DNA of 36,416 nt from a virus. The notes under the pieces are model-generated. The model was not told the origin of the DNA, did not search any database, and saw only the letters and a program-made list of their open reading frames with translations. Each line of letters begins with the position of its first letter. Within the stretch, counting starts at the first letter, position 1. Both the position numbers and the translations under genes were made by a program. Positions 8,811-16,262 of the stretch are shown piece by piece. The stretch is taken from UHGV virus genome UHGV-1512937. One strand, given 5' to 3'.

Positions 8811-9793
8811 GTAAAGAGAAGCAAACAGTTAACGGAGATGTGGGTAACGTTGTCAGCGGTGATGTTACCATTCATAACTATTCTGCTGACATACTTCCCT
8901 CTGCCCAGCAACCAATTTCGTTGCTGCAAAAACGCGATTTACACAGATTGATGGATGAATTGGTTGATCTGGGGGAAAGTAAGCGCGAACTATGGATGAC
9001 GATCCACACGAAACTTAATACCAAAACAGTTAATGAAATGACTGCGGCTGATTATCATGGTGCGGTTGAGATCCTCCAGAGATATGCACAACAGATCCAG
9101 AATATGAAGGACTGTAATCTTCTGGTCAGCAAAATAATGGTGCTTACTGACCCTAGGTATCGTCTTGACCGTGACAGATACTGTCTGAAGCATTTCGGTA
9201 CAACCCATCTTAAAGGCCTGGACAAAGAGCAGTTGCAGGCTGTGTTTGGTTATTTTGATGATCTGCTGAATATTCGTGATGAGAGTAAAACTCTATCACC
9301 TCCATCGGACAGCGGGGCAAAATCAGTCGCGACTGTACCAACCAGAAGCCGGAAGCCTCATGTAGTAGTGTTGGGGGGAGCGTTAGTTCTTGTCGCAATA
9401 TTTTTCGTGGGAATGATTGTGTTCGCTGGTAAATGGGGAAATGCTAAAGCAGTAGCATCTACTGAAACCAGCGTTTTTAACATTAAAACCAACGACAAAA
9501 TAATAGAAGATTCCATCCCAGCATTACGCAGCATGTTTCCAGGGTTAAATAAGTACTCAGATGATTTCCATTCGGTTTCAAGCTACAAGCAAAAATCGGG
9601 CTGGCATACCCTTAAATTCACGGTGTCTACACAGGCAATAATACCTGAATCTTATGGTGTTAAAGGGAAAACTTGTTACATCAACATAAACCCCGATGGT
9701 CGTTATGCCCGTGTTTTGACCGCCCCATGTAGAGCTCTATTACTTGACCAACAAAACACTCCAGATAGTAAATATCGTTATATTTTGAAATAG
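8807..9793 (+). CDS. bitopic membrane protein of unknown function (accessory 'moron' gene A)
   Basis: 328 aa; ATG overlaps the repressor stop (ATGA at 8807-8810); single predicted TM helix (HVVVLGGALVLVAIFFVGMIVFAG) separating a ~185 aa N-terminal domain from a ~120 aa C-terminal domain; visibly AT-richer than flanking phage genes. Confidence 0.6.
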   Translation: MSKEKQTVNGDVGNVVSGDVTIHNYSADILPSAQQPISLLQKRDLHRLMDELVDLGESKRELWMTIHTKLNTKTVNEMTAADYHGAVEILQRYAQQIQNMKDCNLLVSKIMVLTDPRYRLDRDRYCLKHFGTTHLKGLDKEQLQAVFGYFDDLLNIRDESKTLSPPSDSGAKSVATVPTRSRKPHVVVLGGALVLVAIFFVGMIVFAGKWGNAKAVASTETSVFNIKTNDKIIEDSIPALRSMFPGLNKYSDDFHSVSSYKQKSGWHTLKFTVSTQAIIPESYGVKGKTCYININPDGRYARVLTAPCRALLLDQQNTPDSKYRYILK

Positions 9794-9813
9794 AAAATAA
9801 CTGCGAGGCTATT

Positions 9814-10425
9814 ATGGGGCTAATTAAACGATATAGAACAGATTATCCGAACCAAGTACATCAACTTTCTGTTGCTGTTTCAAAGCATTATTATGCGGGA
9901 GTTGATGGATTGCTTAAGTACCAGAAAAAACCATTTGATATAAAACTTAGCAATGCAAGTAAAACTGGAAAAGATCATTTACTAGTCTATTCGTTACGCG
10001 ATCACTACAGTGGTTTGTTTTATATAGAATTGGCATTTCTTTCTACACCACAACCTATAACAGCTTTTTTGGGAAGGGCATGGAGGCCAAAGGAAGATAA
10101 CGTGTTACAGGGTCTTCCTGATATGCTGATGATCCCCAAAACTGTAGAAGATGAGTTCCCTAACGTATGTAATGCCGTTTATAACCAAGGAGTTGATCTT
10201 TTAAAAGTAACCAGCGGTTTTCAGAGTGGAGGGCTTATCGCCATACGAGCGGTAGAGGAAGATCTTAAATTCTACACAAATACTCCTATAGCACGAGTTC
10301 GTGAGGTTGCGGTTAAAACATGCAGATACAATGCTAATGATATCGCCCGAACCAATAAAGAAACAAAGCAAGAGATGTGGTTACGAAACGTCGGTCAGAT
10401 AGATATACCTTCTCCAGATTTTTGA
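9814..10425 (+). CDS. soluble protein of unknown function (accessory 'moron' gene B)
   Basis: 203 aa ORF 20 nt downstream of gene A on the same strand; AT-rich; no recognisable motif. Confidence 0.55.
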   Translation: MGLIKRYRTDYPNQVHQLSVAVSKHYYAGVDGLLKYQKKPFDIKLSNASKTGKDHLLVYSLRDHYSGLFYIELAFLSTPQPITAFLGRAWRPKEDNVLQGLPDMLMIPKTVEDEFPNVCNAVYNQGVDLLKVTSGFQSGGLIAIRAVEEDLKFYTNTPIARVREVAVKTCRYNANDIARTNKETKQEMWLRNVGQIDIPSPDF

Positions 10426-10687
10426 AACCTGAAATCACGGTGTCGACGGTTCATTCTGACGCATCATTTATTCTCGTCAGTTGCCTCATATTCGTGCGTG
10501 CTAGGAAACATCGGCCAGAATATGTCTGGCATGGCGGCGTTTACAACCAATCCATGGAGCGATGGGGAATGTCTGCATTTTCATAATCTGTAACCCTTTT
10601 ATAATTATAAAAAATATGGCAGGCTAGTCTGGTCTCGCGAGACTGACTGAACCTCGGTCGGCTCACAGTGCATTCCTGTGGGGCGAT

Positions 10688-10719
10688 GACCAGCCCGGAG
10701 TTCGGGTACCGGGCTGGTC
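10688..10719. other. perfect 11-bp-stem hairpin (GACCAGCCCGG / CCGGGCTGGTC, 10-nt loop); candidate terminator or structured RNA
   Basis: Inverted repeat read directly from the sequence, followed by GTTCTTTC; lies in a ~400-bp non-coding gap; a 12-bp palindrome GTCTCGCGAGAC sits at 10632-10643. Confidence 0.4.
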
Positions 10720-10834
10720 GTTCTTTCACTGTCAGAGTTCAGAGTGAAGTTTTGAGATACATGATTTCTATTAACGCGATTTACTGGATGCATTACCTAC
10801 GTGCAGTGTTTGTTCGATAAGGATTGTTTTCTGA

Positions 10835-11410
10835 ATGGGAACGTATTACACACTTGATTCCGCTAGTCGTCTGCCTTCGCCTTGTCATGTAATTACCGGA
10901 AAATACGAGCCTGAAATGCCAGAACTGGCCGCTTTTCTTCATCAGATGTATCCCAATGGCCTTTCGAGTCACGGGTATAACTATCTCTATAACCCCGGCC
11001 CTAAAATGGAAGATGACAGTGGAATCAGCAGAAGTCTGCTGGTCGGTCTGGTGTTTGAGTTAGTTCGCCGTAGCCATTTTCCTGATAAACCTTCCCGCTA
11101 TCAGTCACTGTTTGCCTGTCAGCATCTGAGTGAAGTCAGGAAGTTCAGGGAATTACTGGCTGATGAGAGAGGCGAAGACGAAATAAGAACGGCACCGATA
11201 TATGAAGTCATCACAAATGAGCAGGTGCATCGCGGAGATATGAGGTTATTGAACAGTGATTGCCCGGTGCTGGAACTGTATCACCGTGCTTGGCTTTACT
11301 GGTCGGGTGAAGCAGCCCCAGTTAAGACTGGTGAGGACGAACCGTTCTGGGAACTGCTGATTCCGCTTCCAGTATTCGTTGGTCGAAGGATAACTGAATC
11401 GCAGGATTAG
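10835..11410 (+). CDS. hypothetical protein
   Basis: 191 aa ORF with AAGGA upstream of the ATG; its 3' end overlaps a convergent minus-strand ORF by 89 bp. Confidence 0.4.
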   Translation: MGTYYTLDSASRLPSPCHVITGKYEPEMPELAAFLHQMYPNGLSSHGYNYLYNPGPKMEDDSGISRSLLVGLVFELVRRSHFPDKPSRYQSLFACQHLSEVRKFRELLADERGEDEIRTAPIYEVITNEQVHRGDMRLLNSDCPVLELYHRAWLYWSGEAAPVKTGEDEPFWELLIPLPVFVGRRITESQD

Positions 11411-11645
11411 GTGCGGTTTTATATCGTGATGTCGCCGCCACATCGCCAATTAGCATGACGTTGTTTTCTCCGCTGGCGAAATGACTTCTTCTCTCTTCAA
11501 GTGCAACCAGAACGTTTTTCAGCTCTATAATCGCTTCGGTTGGACAACATGCATCCAAGCTTAGCGTGTAAGTTTTATTCTGCTCTCCGATTCTGCTCCC
11601 AAAGAGGAACCCTTTTTTAATACCAGACTGTTTCGGTTCAGTCAT
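11322..11645 (-). CDS. hypothetical protein with strong RBS
   Basis: Internal ATG at 11645 (MTEPKQSGIKKGFLFG...) is preceded by GGGGAGG at optimal spacing; ~107 aa; divergent from the late operon. Confidence 0.5.
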   Translation of the reverse strand: MTEPKQSGIKKGFLFGSRIGEQNKTYTLSLDACCPTEAIIELKNVLVALEERRSHFASGENNVMLIGDVAATSRYKTAPNPAIQLSFDQRILEAESAVPRTVRPHQS

Positions 11646-11775
11646 TGTGCTTGCCTCCCCTATGTTTTGTGTGCGACCATTCTGGTCGCTTCCCTCTGCG
11701 AACACTTATAACGCGCTTTAAAATCCGTATCCCGCCACATTTGTGATGCTGTCTCCACCAAACAAGGAGACACAC

Positions 11776-12126
11776 ATGAAAAGCCTGAAAAAATTCATTC
11801 CCCCTGTTAAAAAACCTCGCCTCAGCGGCTGGCTGCTGACCTCAGTGCTGTTGCTGGGCACCATCGCTCTGGTCTCGCCACAGCAGTTGCCTGTTGTGAT
11901 CTACAAGCTGGCACTCATCACGCTGGCAGCAGTGCTGGGTTACTGGCTTGACCGTTCGCTCTTCCCCAAAGCCCGTCCCGGTCAGTACCTGAAACATGAA
12001 GACAGGCTGATGGCTGAAGGGCGTTTCCCTGTGCAGACCGGCCTTCACCTTGTATTTTCTGCTGCGTTAATCCGCCGTGCACTGATTGTTGCAGCGGTCT
12101 GTCTGGCTGTGGCAACAGGACTGTGA
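11776..12126 (+). CDS. putative holin / small membrane lysis protein
   Basis: ATG at 11776 preceded by AAGGAGA; ~116 aa with hydrophobic helices (LSGWLLTSVLLLGTIALV, LALITLAAVLGYWL, IVAAVCLAVATGL); immediately upstream of the transglycosylase gene. Confidence 0.5.
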   Translation: MKSLKKFIPPVKKPRLSGWLLTSVLLLGTIALVSPQQLPVVIYKLALITLAAVLGYWLDRSLFPKARPGQYLKHEDRLMAEGRFPVQTGLHLVFSAALIRRALIVAAVCLAVATGL

Positions 12127-12128
12127 CC

Positions 12129-12857
12129 ATGAACTGGCCTCAAATCACCCTCATTATTCTGTTCGCCTTTGGTCTGGGCGTAACCGCCATCAGACACGGC
12201 GAACCACGTAACGATAAATACAGCTTCTGGTGGCAGCTTGCTGGCAACCTGGTGATTGTCTGGCTGCTCTGGTGTGGTGGCTTCTTCAGTCAGGCCCGCG
12301 CAGCGCAGCCTCCGCAGGCTGCGCTGCAGTATCGCGATGATGTGATCCGTAATGCCCGGCTTGAATGGGGACTGTCTGCGCCGGTGGCAGATTTCGCCGC
12401 GCAACTGCATCAGGAAAGCGGCTGGCGACCTGATGCGGTCTCGCCGGCTGGTGCTCAGGGACTGGCGCAGTTCATGCCTGCCACTGCCGACTGGATAAGT
12501 CAGCTGATGCCGGGACTTAACAGCCGTGAGCCGTTTAATCCGGCATGGGCCATCCGGGCGCTGGTCAGCTATGACCGCTGGCTGTGGCAGCGCGTCAGCG
12601 CCGCCAACGACTGCGAGCGTATGGCCATGACACTGTCAGGCTATAACGGTGGTCTGGGCTGGGTACAACGGGACAGGCGGCTTGCATCACAGAAAGGTCT
12701 GGACAGCACCCGCTGGTTCGGACATGTCGCCACGGTGAATGCCGGACGCAATGCGGCCAGCTGGCGGGAGAACCGCCATTATCCGCAGCGCATCCTGCGC
12801 GAACTGGCACCGCGATATCTCACATGGGGAGGCAGCAGTTGTGTGGCATCTGGTTAA
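12129..12857 (+). CDS. lytic transglycosylase (SLT-domain endolysin) with N-terminal membrane/signal-anchor region
   Basis: SLT-like catalytic motif LHQESGWRPDAVSPAGAQGLAQFMP; hydrophobic N-terminus (ITLIILFAFGLGVTAI, LVIVWLLWCGGFF). In-frame GTG at 12123 is an alternative start. Confidence 0.8.
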   Translation: MNWPQITLIILFAFGLGVTAIRHGEPRNDKYSFWWQLAGNLVIVWLLWCGGFFSQARAAQPPQAALQYRDDVIRNARLEWGLSAPVADFAAQLHQESGWRPDAVSPAGAQGLAQFMPATADWISQLMPGLNSREPFNPAWAIRALVSYDRWLWQRVSAANDCERMAMTLSGYNGGLGWVQRDRRLASQKGLDSTRWFGHVATVNAGRNAASWRENRHYPQRILRELAPRYLTWGGSSCVASG

Positions 12858-13491
12858 AAAGCTGCCGTGGCGCGGCATTCTGCTGGCCATTCTTATCAAT
12901 GCCTTTCTGATCGGCCTGTATGCCATGGGATACAGAAGTGGTCATGACTCTGCAAAGCGTGACGGTAATACCGCGCTCAGTCAGTTGCAGTCAGCATTTG
13001 ACGCGTACAAAACGGCGCAGGCAACGCTTGAGAATGCTGCGCTGCGGGCTTGGGCCAGACGGTATCAGGAGCAGGTGGCCGCCGGGCAGCGGGCTGAAGC
13101 CGGTTATCTTGAGCAGATTGCTCAACTGGAGAGCCGGAACAAACAACTACAGGGGCAAATTAACGATGTCACACAGCGCTGGATTGATGAAAAAGGTAAG
13201 AGTCATCCCATTGAGTGCGTGTTTACTCGCGGTTTCGTGCGCCAGTACAACGCCGCACTCGGATATGACAACGCATCCGTCGACACCGGTCATTCAGACT
13301 CAGTTGCCGCCACTGGCACCCGCTCTGGCACAGCGACCGGGCAACCTGAAACCACTGACACCCGGTTACGCGATTCGGGTGTCTCCCAGCGTGACGTTCT
13401 CGCCAACATCATCGACAACGCATGGCAATGTCGTCGCTGGCGGAACCAGATAAACGCGCTGCTGGATGAACGGGAAGGATTACAGAAATGA
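12841..13491 (+). CDS. Rz-like i-spanin
   Basis: GTG start with GGGAGG upstream; N-terminal TM (WRGILLAILINAFLIGLYAMG) followed by a coiled-coil-like region; position after the endolysin. Confidence 0.6.
   Translation: MWHLVKKLPWRGILLAILINAFLIGLYAMGYRSGHDSAKRDGNTALSQLQSAFDAYKTAQATLENAALRAWARRYQEQVAAGQRAEAGYLEQIAQLESRNKQLQGQINDVTQRWIDEKGKSHPIECVFTRGFVRQYNAALGYDNASVDTGHSDSVAATGTRSGTATGQPETTDTRLRDSGVSQRDVLANIIDNAWQCRRWRNQINALLDEREGLQK
13181..13453 (+). CDS. Rz1-like o-spanin lipoprotein embedded in the +1 frame of the Rz-like gene
   Basis: MKKVRVIPLSAC with lipobox-like LSAC, followed by a proline-rich mature region (PSTPVIQTQLPPLAPALAQRPGNLKPLTPG); wholly inside the Rz-like ORF. Confidence 0.6.
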   Translation, partial: GLMKKVRVIPLSACLLAVSCASTTPHSDMTTHPSTPVIQTQLPPLAPALAQRPGNLKPLTPGYAIRVSPSVTFSPTSSTTHGNVVAGGTR

Positions 13492-13814
13492 CACTGCAGG
13501 TTGAATTCTGGACGGTGGTGAGTTTTCTGCTCACCTTCATGGGGTTTGTGGGAGGGCTCGCCAAATGGTTGTTCAGTAAAACAGAAGAACGCCAGGCGGC
13601 ACGATTCGCCTCCCTTGAACAGGCCCTGCAACAATCCGCCTCCAACTGGGGCGAGCTGGAAAAAGAATTTATGCGATTTAAAGCGGATTTACCGCTGAAT
13701 TATGTCCGTCGAGAGGATTATATCCGTGGCCAGACAGTCATTGAGGCCAAACTGGACGCGCTTTATAACAAACTGGAAGTGGTACAGCAGTACCGCAATA
13801 CCGGAGGTCAATAA
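13488..13814 (+). CDS. small membrane protein, function unknown
   Basis: 108 aa with one N-terminal TM helix (FWTVVSFLLTFMGFVGGLAKWLF); ATGA-coupled to the Rz-like gene. Confidence 0.5.
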   Translation: MTLQVEFWTVVSFLLTFMGFVGGLAKWLFSKTEERQAARFASLEQALQQSASNWGELEKEFMRFKADLPLNYVRREDYIRGQTVIEAKLDALYNKLEVVQQYRNTGGQ

Positions 13815-14125
13815 TGGTCGATATTACCCGAGTACGCCGCGAATCCCTGCGCTGGAGTCTGCTGGTTGCCCTGAACAAGACCCGCCCTTACACCGCCAGC
13901 GAGACGCTGCTGCTGGATGTGTCCCGTGCCATCTACCCGGACACCACACCGCTGGAGCTGCGCCGCGAACTGGATTATCTGGCTGACCGTAAAATGGTTG
14001 AGCTGGAGAAAAAACCTTCTGGTGACTGGTTTGCTGACCTGACCCGCCTCGGCGTAGACCTGGTGGAATACACCGTGGAATGTGGTCCGGGTATTGCCCG
14101 CCCGGAAAAGTACTGGAGTGAATAA
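13814..14125 (+). CDS. hypothetical protein
   Basis: 103 aa ORF tightly packed between the lysis and packaging genes. Confidence 0.5.
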   Translation: MVDITRVRRESLRWSLLVALNKTRPYTASETLLLDVSRAIYPDTTPLELRRELDYLADRKMVELEKKPSGDWFADLTRLGVDLVEYTVECGPGIARPEKYWSE

Positions 14126-14670
14126 TGGCCAGACGCAGCACAATAGAAAAGCTGCCGGAAGACGTGCGCCGCTGGCTTGAACGGGCGCTGACTGAATCCG
14201 GCTTCAGCGGGTATAACGAGCTGGAGTCCCTGCTGCGTGAGCGGGGATACGTCATCAGCAAATCCGCTATCCATCGCTATGGACAGAAGATTGAGCGCCG
14301 CTATGGTGCTATCCGTGCGGCGACAGAAGCGGCCCGCATGCTGACCGAAGGCGCAGCAGACGATCAGGATGCGCGTTCGGAGGCTGTGATAGCCCTTATT
14401 CAGACCGAGCTGTTCGAGAGTATTGTCCAGTTGCAGGAGGCGGAAGAAGGCGAAGTCGATCCTAAAGAACGCGTGGCCCTGCTGTCGAAGGTGGCGAAGA
14501 ATGTGGCTACGCTGTCACGCGCGTCCGTCAACCTCAAAAAGTTCCAGTCTGAAGTGCGGGCCAGAGCGCAGCAGGCAGCCAGCAACGCAGAGAAAATTGC
14601 CCGTAAGGGCGGACTGTCAAGCGACGCAGTACAGGCGCTTCGTCGCGAGATTCTGGGGATTGCCACATGA
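14125..14670 (+). CDS. Mu gp27-like protein (DUF3486; proposed small terminase subunit)
   Basis: 181 aa immediately upstream of, and ATGA-coupled to, the large terminase gene; the N-terminal region resembles Mu gp27-family proteins as remembered. Confidence 0.55.
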   Translation: MARRSTIEKLPEDVRRWLERALTESGFSGYNELESLLRERGYVISKSAIHRYGQKIERRYGAIRAATEAARMLTEGAADDQDARSEAVIALIQTELFESIVQLQEAEEGEVDPKERVALLSKVAKNVATLSRASVNLKKFQSEVRARAQQAASNAEKIARKGGLSSDAVQALRREILGIAT

Positions 14671-16262
14671 CAAAATCATCCGGAGTGATTTTAAACGCCG
14701 CTGGCGGCGGCCCCGAAGGGATGAGTCCCATGGACGGGAGGAATAACCTTGCTCCCGTTTTGCCTGATACCTCGGCGCTGGATGCCCCTCCCGTTCTGTT
14801 GCCTTACCAGCAGCGCTGGGTGGCAGACACCTCTCCGCTTAAGGTGATAGAAAAGAGCCGTCGTACCGGTATTACATGGGCTGAGGCATCCGATAACGTA
14901 CTGACCGCCGCCTCTTCTGCGCCAGCAGGCGGGATGAATGTGTATTACATCGCTTATAACCAGGACATGACCGTCGAATACATTCAGGCGTGTGCGATGT
15001 GGGCACGGGCATTCAACTATGCGGCCAGTGAAATTGAAGAAGGATTCTGGGAAGAGGACGACGACGACAAACACATCAGGACTTACACCATCAAATTTCC
15101 TGACTCCGGCTTTCGTATTGTTGCGCTCTCCAGCCGCCCGTCTAACCTGCGTGGCCGTCAGGGTATTATTGTTATCGACGAAGCGGCGTTCCATGAGCAA
15201 CTGGACGAACTGCTGAAAGCGGCGCTGGCGATGCTTATCTGGGGGGGGAAGGTACACGTTATCTCCACCCATAACGGTGACGACAATCCGTTCAATACGC
15301 TTATCGGGGATATCCGTGCCGGACGTCAGGGAGGCAGCATACATCGCATCACTTTCCGGGAAGCCGTATCTGAGGGGCTGTTCCGGCGCGTCTGTCTGCG
15401 CACCGGGAAGGAATGGTCGGAGGCCTCCGAGCAGGCCTGGATGGCATCGGTGTACAAATTCTACGGTGCCGGCGCATCCGAAGAGCTTGACTGTATTCCG
15501 GCCAACGGTGGCGGTGCCTGGCTGTCCCGTGCCCTGATAGAGTCCCGCATGTCCGCTGATACGCCGGTATTGCGTCTGACCTGCAAGGAAGGTTATGAAC
15601 TGCTGTCTGATGAGGTTCGCTTCCGCGAGACGCAGGACTGGCTTGATGAGTATCTGAAACCATTGCTGGAGGCACTCCCCACTGATGCCCGCTCTTTCCT
15701 GGGGCGCGACTTTGGCCGTAGCGGTGATTTGTCGGTGGACTATCCCCTGCTGCAGGAGAAGAACCTGGTACGACGCGTGCCATTCGTACTGGAGCTGCGT
15801 AACGTGCCGTTCAGACAGCAGGAGCAAATCACCTGGTATCTGATGGATGGCCTGCCCGGTCTGCTGGGTGCAGCGTTTGATGCCCGTGGTAATGGTGCCT
15901 ATCTGGCTGAATACGCCATGCAGCGCTACGGCTCCAGCCGGATTCAGCAGGTGATGCCAACCGAAGGCTGGTACAGGGAGCATATGCCTCCGGTCAAAGC
16001 TGCACTGGAAGACGGTAACCTGGTGGACTTACCAAAGGATGAAGACACACTGGATGACCTGCGGGCCGTTCAGGTGGTGAACGGTGTCCCCCGCGTACCG
16101 GAGCAACGCTCAAAAGCAAAGGCTGACGGTGGTAAACGCCACGGGGATTCAGCCATCGCACTGGCGCTGGCGTATTTCGCCAGCCGTGAAATTAACAAAG
16201 GGCCGGTGAAGGCAAGCTCACGCCGTCGTCGTCAGGCGGCCCGTATGCTGGAGGGATTCTGA
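14667..16262 (+). CDS. terminase large subunit (Mu gp28 family)
   Basis: 531 aa; position and size; acidic patches typical of terminase ATPase/nuclease domains (GIIVIDEAAFHEQ). Confidence 0.8.
   Translation: MTKSSGVILNAAGGGPEGMSPMDGRNNLAPVLPDTSALDAPPVLLPYQQRWVADTSPLKVIEKSRRTGITWAEASDNVLTAASSAPAGGMNVYYIAYNQDMTVEYIQACAMWARAFNYAASEIEEGFWEEDDDDKHIRTYTIKFPDSGFRIVALSSRPSNLRGRQGIIVIDEAAFHEQLDELLKAALAMLIWGGKVHVISTHNGDDNPFNTLIGDIRAGRQGGSIHRITFREAVSEGLFRRVCLRTGKEWSEASEQAWMASVYKFYGAGASEELDCIPANGGGAWLSRALIESRMSADTPVLRLTCKEGYELLSDEVRFRETQDWLDEYLKPLLEALPTDARSFLGRDFGRSGDLSVDYPLLQEKNLVRRVPFVLELRNVPFRQQEQITWYLMDGLPGLLGAAFDARGNGAYLAEYAMQRYGSSRIQQVMPTEGWYREHMPPVKAALEDGNLVDLPKDEDTLDDLRAVQVVNGVPRVPEQRSKAKADGGKRHGDSAIALALAYFASREINKGPVKASSRRRRQAARMLEGF

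Noticed and set aside
10600-10760. tRNA or tmRNA-like gene in the structured intergenic region
   Set aside because: No cloverleaf with acceptor stem, anticodon arm and T-arm motifs could be fitted by eye; kept only as a generic structured element.
14691-15983. 430-aa minus-strand ORF antisense to the terminase gene
   Set aside because: Lies wholly inside the well-supported terminase CDS on the opposite strand; Arg/Gly/Pro-rich low-complexity translation typical of a spurious frame in GC-rich coding DNA; no RBS.
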